The translations under genes and the position numbers were made by a program. The notes under the pieces were generated by a model. That model was not told the origin of the DNA. It worked only from the letters and a program-made list of their open reading frames with translations, and ran no database searches. From assembly GCF_003031585.1 (NCBI RefSeq), contig NZ_PWAA01000009.1, positions 1 through 56,079 on the forward strand: a stretch of DNA of 56,079 nucleotides, written 5' to 3'. Positions 1 to 9,645 of the stretch are shown piece by piece (within the stretch, counting starts at the first letter, position 1; each line of letters begins with the position of its first letter). The stretch comes from Thalassobius sp. I31.1. Lineage in GTDB: Bacteria; Pseudomonadota; Alphaproteobacteria; Rhodobacterales; Rhodobacteraceae.

Positions 1-87
1 GTCCGTTTGCCATTTCCGTTCTCCTTTTCGGCAAAATACCAAGTTAAAGGAACGGAACAAATACGGGACAAGTCCAGCCCGAGGTGA
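1..87 (+). CDS. 3' end of an upstream ORF (frame 1), open from the window start; its stop TGA (85-87) overlaps the next gene's start as TGATG. Probably a phage tail-region gene, partial.
   Basis: Frame 1 is open from position 1 to the TGA at 85-87. The stop/start overlap suggests translational coupling with the following gene. Too short to assign a function. Confidence 0.3.
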   Translation, partial: VRLPFPFSFSAKYQVKGTEQIRDKSSPR

Positions 88-797
88 TGACCATCAGCGC
101 CAAAGCCGCTGATATGCTCGGCACCATCCGCGCCCCGAAAACCCGCGCCTGGGAGGCCGTCACTCTGGGCGATATCGTGAGCACCATCGCCGCCGATCAC
201 AACCTGAAACCCGCCGTCAGTGAGGATCTGCAACCCGCCTTCTTTGGCTATCTGGCGCAGACTTCTGAAAGCGATCTCAACCTGCTGACACGGCTCGCCC
301 GCGACCTCAATGCCACTGTGAAGCCCGCCGCCGGTCATCTGGTTTTTGTGCGCCGGGGAGCCGGGAAAACCGTTTCTGGTGACGATATCCCACCTCATGT
401 CATCCATCGCAGCCAGATCTCGCGTGGCTCCTGGAAACTCACCGGGCGGGGCAAATACGGCAAGGTCACAGCGGAATGGTCAGTGACCGGCACCGCATCT
501 CTGCACCGGGTCAGTGCCGGGGAGAAGGCCCCCGAGCTGAAGCTGCGCCATCCCTACGCCACAGAAGCTGAAGCCCGCCGCGCTGCAGGGGCTGCGCTTC
601 GCTCCAGCCAGTTCGCCAGCGGCAACATCAGCCTGCAGCTCGGCGGGTTCTTTGGTGATATCGCCGCTGAAAGCCCCGTGGATCTGCAGGGCATCCTGCC
701 AGAGCTCACCGGGATCTGGACGGTCACACGGGTGACGCACAGGCTGGGGGAGACACTGACCACGAGCATTGATGCAAAGAGAGGGGAGGAGAGTTGA
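84..797 (+). CDS. Phage late control gene D (P2 gpD / Mu P-like) tail protein, probable. Start is GTG at 84 or ATG at 87.
   Basis: The C-terminal stretch GIWTVTRVTHRLGETLTTSIDAKRGE resembles the conserved end of the Phage_GPD family. The protein is basic and Gly-rich. Upstream stop/start overlap TGATG. At 237 aa it is shorter than typical gpD, so it may be a diverged or truncated form. Confidence 0.5.
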   Translation: MMTISAKAADMLGTIRAPKTRAWEAVTLGDIVSTIAADHNLKPAVSEDLQPAFFGYLAQTSESDLNLLTRLARDLNATVKPAAGHLVFVRRGAGKTVSGDDIPPHVIHRSQISRGSWKLTGRGKYGKVTAEWSVTGTASLHRVSAGEKAPELKLRHPYATEAEARRAAGAALRSSQFASGNISLQLGGFFGDIAAESPVDLQGILPELTGIWTVTRVTHRLGETLTTSIDAKRGEES

Positions 798-1412
798 GAG
801 CTCTGGCTAGTGGGCAAAATGGGCATCCTGAGATGCGAACGCCAAAATGCGCTGAAAGCGGACATTTGTAGATCCAACAGGACACCAGATTGGGTTGCAT
901 ACACGTTATTTAAAATACATGAACACATGTGGCCTAGAGGACTCAGCTAAAATCTGCTTCGAGCTGCCCCTTGGTTTACTTGTTGAAATTTTTGTGCGCA
1001 GTTTTTGGTTTCCTCAGATGAACGGTAAAACGTGAAGTAAGGAAAACCTGACTTTATTGTTTCCGAAAAACCCCTGATTGTAGGTAAGAAAAAAAATCCA
1101 CTGGAAAGGGAAACTTCAAGGATGCAGTTATTACTTTAGAGCAATCTGTTTACACTCTTTAGGTAGGAATAAGGTAACTTATCAAGGGTCCGCGCAATAT
1201 CTACTTAAACCCTTCTCACTTTTTTCCAGTGCACTTCCCTCGAATCCTTTGCTTCGCAACCTTCGTTGCTGCTGAACTCTTTGGAGAATTGCGACATGCA
1301 CATTTATGTGACAATCGTTAGAAAGCCCATTTGCAGAAAAACAACAAGCGATCTGGAAATTGTAAATCAGGCATCGCCTCAAGACGTAAGCTATTAATCC
1401 TACGGAGAAAAT

Positions 1413-2012
1413 ATGGTCATTAAGTCAAAGATATCAAGGAACTCGATTGTAAAAACACTTGCCAAAATCGCTGTATCAGCCCTCATGATATGCTTACCTC
1501 AAATGCGCCCAGCTCCAGCAGCGCAGGAGGCAAACTACTTCAGTCAGGAGGTCAATTTCATGAAGCATGGAATGTTGCTCAATGACCTGGAGGGGCGCTT
1601 GTCACCTAGGGAAATGCAACAGTACCGTAGGGCCTTAGAAAAGTTTCCAACTCCAGATAGCTGCTTATCTACTGAAGATACATTGGATTGGTCACGAATT
1701 TCCGGCTATCATGACTTAGAAGTTTGCATATTTTATTTAACACATCTGTATCCCGACCCTCAAAGCTTGTTGAACTGGTTCGCAAAACATGGGTTGGCCC
1801 CAGAACTTGCTGACATCTATGGAAACTGGCCGACAGATCAAGTGTTCGTATTACATGTGGGGATCCCTTTAACACCGGAAGTTCCCAACTCTTTTATTCC
1901 GGAGAGTTTATTTTCATGGGATAGGCTAACTGCTTCTTCGTTGTCGCTTGGCATTTCTTATAGTGAAGATCAGCTGGCACAAGATATCAACCTTACCTTC
2001 AATAGAAAGTAG
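1413..2012 (+). CDS. Hypothetical secreted protein with a signal-peptide-like N-terminus, in an AT-rich island.
   Basis: ATG preceded by GGAGA 7 nt upstream. N-terminal hydrophobic stretch KTLAKIAVSALMICLPQMRPAPAAQ. Roughly 40-45% GC by eye against about 60% in flanking DNA. No recognisable family. Confidence 0.5.
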   Translation: MVIKSKISRNSIVKTLAKIAVSALMICLPQMRPAPAAQEANYFSQEVNFMKHGMLLNDLEGRLSPREMQQYRRALEKFPTPDSCLSTEDTLDWSRISGYHDLEVCIFYLTHLYPDPQSLLNWFAKHGLAPELADIYGNWPTDQVFVLHVGIPLTPEVPNSFIPESLFSWDRLTASSLSLGISYSEDQLAQDINLTFNRK

Positions 2013-2020
2013 TCACTATA

Positions 2021-2488
2021 ATGGCTAAAATTTTACTGGCAGCAAACTATATTACAAATACAGACAGCACCGCTGCAGGCTGGATTGGCGTTGAAGATAG
2101 CGGACACTTACAATTGGTGTATGAGGGGGGCGGAGCGCCGCGTGAAATGGAAGTCCAAGCACCTAGCTTGGTCACGCTTGGTGACTGGCAGTACCCTACG
2201 TTTAGCAGAATACACGGTGGACAAAATACAGACTATGTAAATGAGCAAGGGTTGGTTCTAAATCCCAATCGATATGCTTCCATTGAGTTAGACCTCCCTT
2301 TCGGACAAGATCCTAATGGTGTTTGGCAGCTACTTTCTCAGGTTCACGATTCATTTATTTTACACGGAAGCAACATAAACTATGATATCGAGCAAAACAG
2401 CAATACCTATATAAATACTGTCCTATCGATTGTGGGAATTGATCTGGACGCAGCATTGCTACATAGCGTAACCCCTGAAGATGTATAA
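2021..2488 (+). CDS. Hypothetical 155-aa protein, same frame as the downstream RTX ORF and separated from it only by TAA. Possibly the N-terminal domain of an interrupted RTX gene.
   Basis: Starts 8 nt after the previous stop with no obvious SD. Frame (mod 3 = 2) is identical to ORF 2513..4813. AT-rich codon usage shared with its neighbours. Confidence 0.45.
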   Translation: MAKILLAANYITNTDSTAAGWIGVEDSGHLQLVYEGGGAPREMEVQAPSLVTLGDWQYPTFSRIHGGQNTDYVNEQGLVLNPNRYASIELDLPFGQDPNGVWQLLSQVHDSFILHGSNINYDIEQNSNTYINTVLSIVGIDLDAALLHSVTPEDV

Positions 2489-2512
2489 CTATTCCCTGGG
2501 GCTAGTGTAAAT

Positions 2513-4813
2513 GTGCTGCAGCAGGGAGCTATCGAAACAACAGTAGTCTCGAATGCTCGTACTCCAATCAAATTAGAAGTGGGAGGCACCGACTACAATG
2601 ATTTTATTCGTGCTGGGATAGCCGATGATGATATCGGTGGCGGGCGTGGCAATGACATACTTGACGGCGGCGCTGGTGCGGATGTGATTGATGGCGGCAC
2701 AGGTATTGATATGCTGCGTTTTGATTCCTCGGATAGCGGAATTACCTTTAACCAGCGAACAGGCACAGGATCTGGTGGGGATGCGCAGGGGGATACCTAC
2801 ACGAATATTGAGGGGTCTTTTGGTACAGATGAGAATGATACCTTCATCATTGACTACCATTCAGGTGGGAAATTCGCCGGGGGCGATGGGACAGATACAT
2901 TTGATCTGACCATTACACCTGCAGAAGCAAATTCAGGCGAAGCTTTTGCATTTGAAAATGACGCCGGTGTTGAAATCCTTTGGGGCGGCCCTGGTGGTGA
3001 AAAAGATATTTATAAGCTGGACGAATATGCCCAGATTGCCGTTGTACAGATTGACAATCTGACGGAAGAACAGTTTGCGACACTGACCTATGATGATCTG
3101 GGGCTGAATGATCTGCCCTACAAGCCATCAGTTGTTTTGATCAACCCAGACGCCAATGACGAGATCATTCTATCCAGCCTGACAACGCCCCTCAATTCAG
3201 ACAACAATGACTATTCCGGCACTTATGACCGGACCCTGAATATCACCGATAACCGAGTAGCGTCCACACTTGCTGAACTGGGACTTTCAGGGGCACGAGA
3301 TTACTACAGCTATGAAGCCAGTAATGGCCACGGTGGGGCGGAAGAGATATTGCAGCTTGGCTGGGTCTGGTCTGAAACCCGGACAATTGATGGCCGGAGT
3401 CTCGAAGTCTTTGGAAATCTGACTAACATCGATGGTATTCCCGGACCGGATACGGACGGACTAATTCCTTCAGATGCCTATAGCGAAGCGCAGACCTGGT
3501 CGATGATTGGCGCGGAAATTCACGGGACATCGATTTATCTCAGTAAAGGAACCACACTGAAGGTCAACCTTGGCAGCGATGATGATGATGACCAGAATGG
3601 CAGCGACGATGACGAAAACTTCAATGGCAGCGATGGCGCAGACAGCATCAACGGTCAGGGTGGCCGTGATACTGTAAATTATGCTCAATCCACCGCAGGC
3701 GCCACAATTGATCTTGCCAATGACTTCGCTGCAGGTGGTTTTGCTGACGGAGATACACTGACAAACATTGAAAATATCCGTGGGTCTGAGTTTAACGACA
3801 TTCTGACCGGAGATGAGCAAAGCAACACCCTGTCTGGTGGTGGCGGTGCCGACACTCTCGACGGCGGATCAGGTGACGACATTCTGAACGGCGGCAACGG
3901 CAATGACACGCTGGAGGGGGGGAGTGGTTTTGACCTGTATACCGGTGGTGACGGTGCGGATATATTTGTTATTGGTTCAGCCGGATCTGATGTTATTACT
4001 GACTTCACCTCAGGAACGGATAAGATTGATCTTTCGCTGATTTCAGATAGTACACAATTCACTTTCAGTGATGTGATCGCAAGCCTTCAGCAGGTCACTT
4101 GGGATACCGGCGGAGTCTTTGACACTTCAGGCTCAGATGATCTCCTCCTGTCTCTTCCCAACGGTACTCAACTGGTTATCCTGAATGTAAGTCCCGGTGA
4201 TCTGACAGAAGATGATTTTCTCGGGCTTTCAGTTGAACTTACTCCCAACGGTCAGATTGACGGGACTGATGGGGATGATACGTTCCGATCTTCGACACAT
4301 CTTGATGTAGATGGAGAAGCTGTTGGGAATGGCAACGACCTTGTCTACGGATATGGCGGCGATGACAGCTTTTACACCTTTGGTGGAAATGACACCGCTT
4401 ACGGTGGCGATGGGAATGATACGCTCCACGCGAATTTTGGCTACAACAGGTTCTATGGTGAAGCTGGAAATGACACGATTGAGGTTGGACTGAATGCCGG
4501 TCTCATGGACGGTGGTGAAGGCGATGATGTGTTGTTGTTCAGACTAACGCATTTTGCCAATGGCGGAACTTACATTGCGACCGGTGGTGCAGGCGCAGAT
4601 GTATTCAATTTCTATCAGCAAACCGACGACGCCACGGGGCAGGCTGTTGTTACCGACTTTGAACTTGGGGTTGATGAGTTGCAGATTCTGGGTGAAACCA
4701 TTGATCTGCAAAACCTTCCATCGGGATATCAAAGCACTGTTGATGGTGATGATCTCATCCTGCAGATTGGGGATGACGATTTCATCACATTCGAAAACCT
4801 GACACTGGTCTAA
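2513..4813 (+). CDS. RTX-type (hemolysin-type) calcium-binding repeat protein, 766 aa from a GTG start.
   Basis: Multiple blocks of GGxGxDxUx nonapeptides, e.g. GGGRGNDILDGGAGADVIDGGTGIDML and LSGGGGADTLDGGSGDDILNGGNGNDTLEGGSGFD. Acidic tract SDDDDDQNGSDDDENFNGSDGAD. Gly/Asp-rich throughout. The C-terminus ends DDFITFENLTLV, compatible with a T1SS-type signal. Confidence 0.8.
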   Translation: MLQQGAIETTVVSNARTPIKLEVGGTDYNDFIRAGIADDDIGGGRGNDILDGGAGADVIDGGTGIDMLRFDSSDSGITFNQRTGTGSGGDAQGDTYTNIEGSFGTDENDTFIIDYHSGGKFAGGDGTDTFDLTITPAEANSGEAFAFENDAGVEILWGGPGGEKDIYKLDEYAQIAVVQIDNLTEEQFATLTYDDLGLNDLPYKPSVVLINPDANDEIILSSLTTPLNSDNNDYSGTYDRTLNITDNRVASTLAELGLSGARDYYSYEASNGHGGAEEILQLGWVWSETRTIDGRSLEVFGNLTNIDGIPGPDTDGLIPSDAYSEAQTWSMIGAEIHGTSIYLSKGTTLKVNLGSDDDDDQNGSDDDENFNGSDGADSINGQGGRDTVNYAQSTAGATIDLANDFAAGGFADGDTLTNIENIRGSEFNDILTGDEQSNTLSGGGGADTLDGGSGDDILNGGNGNDTLEGGSGFDLYTGGDGADIFVIGSAGSDVITDFTSGTDKIDLSLISDSTQFTFSDVIASLQQVTWDTGGVFDTSGSDDLLLSLPNGTQLVILNVSPGDLTEDDFLGLSVELTPNGQIDGTDGDDTFRSSTHLDVDGEAVGNGNDLVYGYGGDDSFYTFGGNDTAYGGDGNDTLHANFGYNRFYGEAGNDTIEVGLNAGLMDGGEGDDVLLFRLTHFANGGTYIATGGAGADVFNFYQQTDDATGQAVVTDFELGVDELQILGETIDLQNLPSGYQSTVDGDDLILQIGDDDFITFENLTLV

Positions 4814-4885
4814 ATGTAAGACAGTTCTGATTTGAGACATCGCAGCACCTTTGCTGGCTATCAAGCGAATGTTCAGGTCTCATAT

Positions 4886-4923
4886 AATGCTGATCTCCAT
4901 AACAATGGAGATCAGCATTTTTA
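4886..4923 (+). terminator. Rho-independent terminator after the RTX gene.
   Basis: Perfect 15-bp stem AATGCTGATCTCCAT / ATGGAGATCAGCATT with a 4-nt loop, followed by a T-run. Confidence 0.8.
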
Positions 4924-5141
4924 TGTCGGCGTTGATCGGAAGCTCATGTTTTAGGCTGCTGCAATTTTAGATGTCAGAAACTGAAAAAATGAATGGCGAG
5001 CTACAATGGGGATACCGGCCTGGACATCCGCGGACATATCTATTGCGAGGACAAAGGGGATTACTACGATATCCCCGCGGATGCACCGCAGTCAGCGGGA
5101 TATGATCCGGAGCTGACAACCATGATCAAAGACTGACGTGT

Positions 5142-5315
5142 TCAGGCGACGACAAAGCAGCTGATCGCAGCCCCTGACCACAGGGTTATGACGGCCCAGT
5201 ACCCCCAGGGGTTTTCGGCGCGTACGACGGGTTCCCACAGGTAAGTGTAGCCCATCAGAAGATCGTATAGCACCCAAAGCGTGAGCGCGACGCCGGCGAA
5301 AAACCAGATCGACAT
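5142..5315 (-). CDS. Small hydrophobic membrane protein (57 aa), absent from the ORF track.
   Basis: ATG...TGA ORF translating to MSIWFFAGVALTLWVLYDLLMGYTYLWEPVVRAENPWGYWAVITLWSGAAISCFVVA. Two hydrophobic segments and a strong GC3 bias typical of host coding DNA. Confidence 0.45.
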   Translation of the reverse strand: MSIWFFAGVALTLWVLYDLLMGYTYLWEPVVRAENPWGYWAVITLWSGAAISCFVVA

Positions 5316-5470
5316 ATCGTGTTTCCTTTTGTTGTCTGTCTCTGATTAAATGGCTGTTTGCTGCATTTCGAGGGGGCGGTCCCCGGGTTGGCAATATCTG
5401 CACCAGAGATGGCAAGATATGTTAACTTAGACTGAAGGATTGTTCAGTACCCTGAAGGCCGGAGGATACG

Positions 5471-5995
5471 ATGCGGTTTACGATGCTTTTTACGGCTTTG
5501 TTTTCCGTCACAGCGTTTTTATACGCTGCGATGGTGTTTTGGACGCTTCCGTCGATTGCGGACGGGGCAGGTGGGCTGGTGCCGTTCGATCAGAGGCTGA
5601 CAGGTTACACCTATGAAGAAGCACACGCGTTCTTGACGGCTTTGACACCTGGCGCGCGTCAGATCTATTTGGGCCCCCAGCATTTGCTGGATATGGTATT
5701 TCCCGGTGCGCTAGCTTTGACGCTTTGTCTGATTTTTAACAGAATTTCCGATGGTGCCGGGGCACTTATCGGAATGGGGCTGGCCATTGGCAGTGCAACG
5801 GCAGACTATTTCGAAAATATGGTGATCACACGGTTGCTTGTGACAGAAGGCGCGCCTTCCCATGTGATGGTGATGCAGGCCAATCAGTGGACCGTATTGA
5901 AAACACTGTGTTCTGCCGGGGCGCTGATTTTGCTGTTCTGGCTGGCACTGTGTCATTTCCGGGAACACAGACGTATGCGACCTGCCCGGGTTTGA
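5471..5995 (+). CDS. Hypothetical integral membrane protein (174 aa).
   Basis: Several hydrophobic segments. Host-like codon usage. Sits upstream of cmk. Confidence 0.55.
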   Translation: MRFTMLFTALFSVTAFLYAAMVFWTLPSIADGAGGLVPFDQRLTGYTYEEAHAFLTALTPGARQIYLGPQHLLDMVFPGALALTLCLIFNRISDGAGALIGMGLAIGSATADYFENMVITRLLVTEGAPSHVMVMQANQWTVLKTLCSAGALILLFWLALCHFREHRRMRPARV

Positions 5996-6041
5996 CAGTT
6001 GGCCTCTGTAAAGGTACCCCGACCAGACGGAGGCAGAACAT

Positions 6042-6656
6042 ATGGCACTTACAATCGCAGTTGACGGCCCGGCAGCATCGGGCAAAGGGACAATTTCCAA
6101 AGCGCTTGCGGCGCATTTTGCCTTTGCGCACCTGGATACCGGGCTTTTGTATCGTGCGGTTGGTGCCCAGTTGTTACAGGGCGCTGACCCGCTGGAGGCG
6201 GCGAAATCTTTGCGTGCGGAAGATATTGATGCAGATGCGCTGCGCAATTCTGCTGTGGCGCAGGCCGCGTCCAAAGTTGCTGCAATCCCGGAAGTGCGTC
6301 AGGCTTTGCTTGATTTTCAGCGGGCATTTGCACGCCGGGCCGGGGGCGCGGTCCTGGACGGGCGTGATATCGGCACGGTGATTTGCCCCGAAGCCGAGGT
6401 GAAGTTGTATGTTACGGCTTCCGATGAAGTGCGGGCAGAACGGCGCTATCTGGAATTGTCGGCGAAGGGTCAGGATGTGACACCGGAAGGTGTCCTGGAA
6501 GATCTGCAGGCCAGGGACAAACGTGACAGTGAACGCGCAACGGCCCCTTTGAAGGCCGCGGAGGATGCCATTCTTCTGGATACATCTGAATTGTCCATTG
6601 ACGACGCTGTCGCCGGGTGTGTCGCTGCCGTGGATGCCGTCCGGAACGCAGGCTGA
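6042..6656 (+). CDS. cmk: Cytidylate kinase
   Basis: P-loop [12 protein letters not shown] near the N-terminus and Cmk-like length. Canonical position upstream of rpsA. Confidence 0.9.
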   Translation: MALTIAVDGPAASGKGTISKALAAHFAFAHLDTGLLYRAVGAQLLQGADPLEAAKSLRAEDIDADALRNSAVAQAASKVAAIPEVRQALLDFQRAFARRAGGAVLDGRDIGTVICPEAEVKLYVTASDEVRAERRYLELSAKGQDVTPEGVLEDLQARDKRDSERATAPLKAAEDAILLDTSELSIDDAVAGCVAAVDAVRNAG

Positions 6657-6957
6657 TTGTTGAACGCACAGGTTTTGCCCGCGCGGGTGGTCCCGGCGGT
6701 TCCTGAGAGCTGTTCAGATGAAGCATTCCATCGCAGGCCTGTCTGCAGGACCAGTAAAGATGGCGGCGCCGCCTTTGCGGATATGATCTGAGTGCCAGGG
6801 ATCGTTACGCCCTGACAGGTAAGCTGTGATTCGCCCCTTATGCTTTCGCCGGGGCCTCTCATCCGATCTTGGGTCCGGGGTTTCCCGGTGTTGCGCAACG
6901 GGGGATTTATCGCAAGAGTTGGTTAAGATCTGCCAGGGGCTGCGCACGTTCTTCGTG

Positions 6958-7371
6958 TCAGGGCCGGTCGAACGTGTGTTGCATGACGATATAAGACTGG
7001 CCTTTTCGTTCAAAAACCTCACCTTCCTCCCGAAATCCAGATTTTGCATAAAAATCCCGGGCAGATACACGCGCATCACACCAGAGATGTGTCGCCCCGC
7101 GGTCCCGTGCCTGTGCCAGAAGGTGATCCAGCATCCGGCGACCAAAGCCCCGGCCCTGCATCTGGGGCAGGGTGGCAAATTTGCGCAGCTGAATGCCGAA
7201 ATGATCATCCGGAAACAATGACGCAACTGAAACCAGAGTTTCGTCATGATACAGACCAAAATGCAAAGCAGCCTCATCACCGGGCACCATCGCGTGCGAA
7301 AGCGGATGCCCCGGCCACAGGACGCTCTGGCGCAGAGGCAGAGCCTGTTCGATATTGATCATCCGAATCAT
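6958..7371 (-). CDS. GNAT family N-acetyltransferase
   Basis: Acetyl-CoA binding motif QMQGRGFGRRMLDHLL (Q/RxxGxG/A). Size about 138 aa. Start ATG at 7371 with AAAGG RBS. Confidence 0.75.
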   Translation of the reverse strand: MIRMINIEQALPLRQSVLWPGHPLSHAMVPGDEAALHFGLYHDETLVSVASLFPDDHFGIQLRKFATLPQMQGRGFGRRMLDHLLAQARDRGATHLWCDARVSARDFYAKSGFREEGEVFERKGQSYIVMQHTFDRP

Positions 7372-7668
7372 TTCTGACCTTTCGGGCTTTACCGTGATTG
7401 ACCTGTTGCAGCCCCCGAAAAGCAAGAGAATGGCCTTGTTTTGCAGAGGATGCAGGCTTGTGTTTCCTGGCAGTTAACGCTATATAGCCCGGGTCAGTAA
7501 GGCATATATGCCATAAAACAAAAAATGACGGGCAGGGTCGGCACATACCGGCCCTCTTTGTTTGTGTTTGGTCTGTTTGTTTCAGGCTGCCCGCTGACCA
7601 ACTGAAACCAAGACCGGCGGAGACAACCGCGCGGCCGGAAAAACGACTGTAAAGGAAACTGAGACCAA

Positions 7669-9348
7669 ATGGCTCAAAATATATCTATGGAAGAATTCGA
7701 AGCCCTGCTGCAGGAAAGCTTCGAGATTGACACCCCTCAGGAAGGGTCCGTTGTCAAAGGCAAGGTTATCGCTATTCAGGCGGGCCAGGCTATCATCGAC
7801 GTTGGCTACAAAATGGAAGGCCGCGTTGATCTGAAAGAATTCGCAAACCCTGGTGAAGAAGCTGAAATCGCTGTTGGCGACACTGTAGAAGTGTTCCTGC
7901 GCGCAGCTGAAAACGCCCGCGGTGAAGCTGTTATCTCCCGTGAGATGGCACGCCGTGAAGAAGCATGGGATCGCCTCGAGAAAGCATATGCTGACGAAGA
8001 GCGTGTTGACGGTGCTATCTTCGGTCGCGTTAAAGGCGGCTTCACTGTTGACCTCGGCGGCGCTGTTGCGTTCCTGCCAGGTTCCCAGGTTGACGTACGT
8101 CCAGTACGTGACGCAGGCCCACTGATGGGTCTGAAGCAGCCGTTCCAGATTCTGAAAATGGACCGTCGTCGTGGCAACATCGTTGTATCCCGTCGTGCGA
8201 TCCTCGAAGAGTCCCGCGCAGAACAGCGTGCTGAAGTTATCGGCAACCTTTCCGAAGGTCAGGCAGTTGACGGTGTTGTTAAGAACATCACTGAATACGG
8301 TGCATTCGTTGACCTCGGCGGCGTTGACGGCCTGCTGCACGTGACCGACATGGCATGGCGCCGTGTGAACCACCCATCCGAGATCCTCACAATCGGTGAG
8401 ACCATCAAGGTTCAGGTGATCAAGATCAACAAAGAAACCCACCGTATCTCCCTCGGCATGAAACAGCTGCAGGACGATCCATGGGATGCTGTTGCTGCGA
8501 AATACCCACTGGATTCCGTCCACAAGGGTCGCGTCACCAACATCACCGATTACGGTGCATTTGTTGAACTCGAAGCTGGCGTTGAAGGCCTCGTACACGT
8601 TTCTGAAATGTCCTGGACTAAGAAGAACGTACACCCGGGCAAAATCGTGTCTACTTCACAAGAAGTCGAAGTCATGGTTCTGGAAATCGATGGTTCCAAG
8701 CGTCGCGTATCCCTTGGTCTGAAACAGACCATGCGCAACCCATGGGAAGTGTTCGCTGAGAACAACCCAGTTGGCACCGAAGTTGAAGGTGAAGTTAAGA
8801 ACATCACTGAATTCGGTCTGTTCATCGGTCTCGACAACGAAATCGACGGCATGGTTCACCTGTCTGACCTGACATGGGAAGGCCGTGGCGAAGATGTGAT
8901 TGGCGACTACCGCAAAGGTGAAATGGTTCAGGCCGTTGTAACCGAAGTGGACGTTGAAAAAGAACGCATCTCTCTCTCCGTTAAAGCACTGGGCGGCGAT
9001 CCGTTCGCTGAAGTTGCTGACGGCGTGAAGCGCGGTTCTATCATCACTGTTGAAGTGACTGCGATCGAAGATGGCGGCGTGGAAGTTGACTATGAAGGCA
9101 TGAAATCCTTCATCCGTCGTTCCGACCTGTCCCGTGATCGTGCCGAGCAGCGCCCAGAGCGCTTCCAGGTTGGTGACAAGCTTGACGTACGTGTAACCAA
9201 CGTTGATGCGAAAACCCGTCGACTGGGTCTGTCCATCAAAGCACGTGAGATCGCTGAAGAGAAAGAAGCAGTGGAACAGTATGGTTCTTCTGACTCTGGC
9301 GCGTCCCTGGGCGATATCCTTGGCGCAGCTCTGAAGTCTGACGACTGA
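7669..9348 (+). CDS. rpsA: 30S ribosomal protein S1
   Basis: 559 aa. Repeated S1 domains (GxVxxIxxxGAFVxL patterns). Classical cmk-rpsA-ihfB synteny. Confidence 0.95.
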   Translation: MAQNISMEEFEALLQESFEIDTPQEGSVVKGKVIAIQAGQAIIDVGYKMEGRVDLKEFANPGEEAEIAVGDTVEVFLRAAENARGEAVISREMARREEAWDRLEKAYADEERVDGAIFGRVKGGFTVDLGGAVAFLPGSQVDVRPVRDAGPLMGLKQPFQILKMDRRRGNIVVSRRAILEESRAEQRAEVIGNLSEGQAVDGVVKNITEYGAFVDLGGVDGLLHVTDMAWRRVNHPSEILTIGETIKVQVIKINKETHRISLGMKQLQDDPWDAVAAKYPLDSVHKGRVTNITDYGAFVELEAGVEGLVHVSEMSWTKKNVHPGKIVSTSQEVEVMVLEIDGSKRRVSLGLKQTMRNPWEVFAENNPVGTEVEGEVKNITEFGLFIGLDNEIDGMVHLSDLTWEGRGEDVIGDYRKGEMVQAVVTEVDVEKERISLSVKALGGDPFAEVADGVKRGSIITVEVTAIEDGGVEVDYEGMKSFIRRSDLSRDRAEQRPERFQVGDKLDVRVTNVDAKTRRLGLSIKAREIAEEKEAVEQYGSSDSGASLGDILGAALKSDD

Positions 9349-9381
9349 TCATTCAGTCCGTAGACTGAAAAAAACATTGAA

Positions 9382-9415
9382 AGGCGGCCTGGTGATACAC
9401 CGGGCCGCCTTTTTA
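9382..9415 (+). terminator. Rho-independent terminator after rpsA.
   Basis: GC-rich stem AGGCGGCC...GGCCGCCT followed by TTTT. Confidence 0.7.
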
Positions 9416-9645
9416 ACGAATCAAATTCCCTTAAAGCGGCCTGATTTCGTGCACAATAGGGTGAAATTCGCTGATACTGGTCGGAAAATAGGCATAATTT
9501 TGTCTCAAATCGGGGAAAGCCCGACTTGAAAGGTCCTTTCCCGTTGCGGTTTTAGTTTGCAGCGGTGAATATAGAAACGTCCACATGACGAATTCCAAAT
9601 GAGCACATGTTAAAATGTGCCTAATCCAGCCAGGGGAAAACAGGG

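Noticed and set aside
5092-5415. 107-aa minus-strand ORF from the track
   Set aside because: It is Arg-rich with low-complexity translation. The overlapping alternative frame (5142..5315) gives a clean hydrophobic small protein with proper codon bias, and was preferred.
6657-6957. Possible small gene or ncRNA in the 300-nt convergent gap between cmk and the GNAT gene
   Set aside because: No ORF with an RBS and host codon bias. ORF 6714..7280 (-) overlaps the GNAT gene in a different frame. Most likely 3' UTRs.
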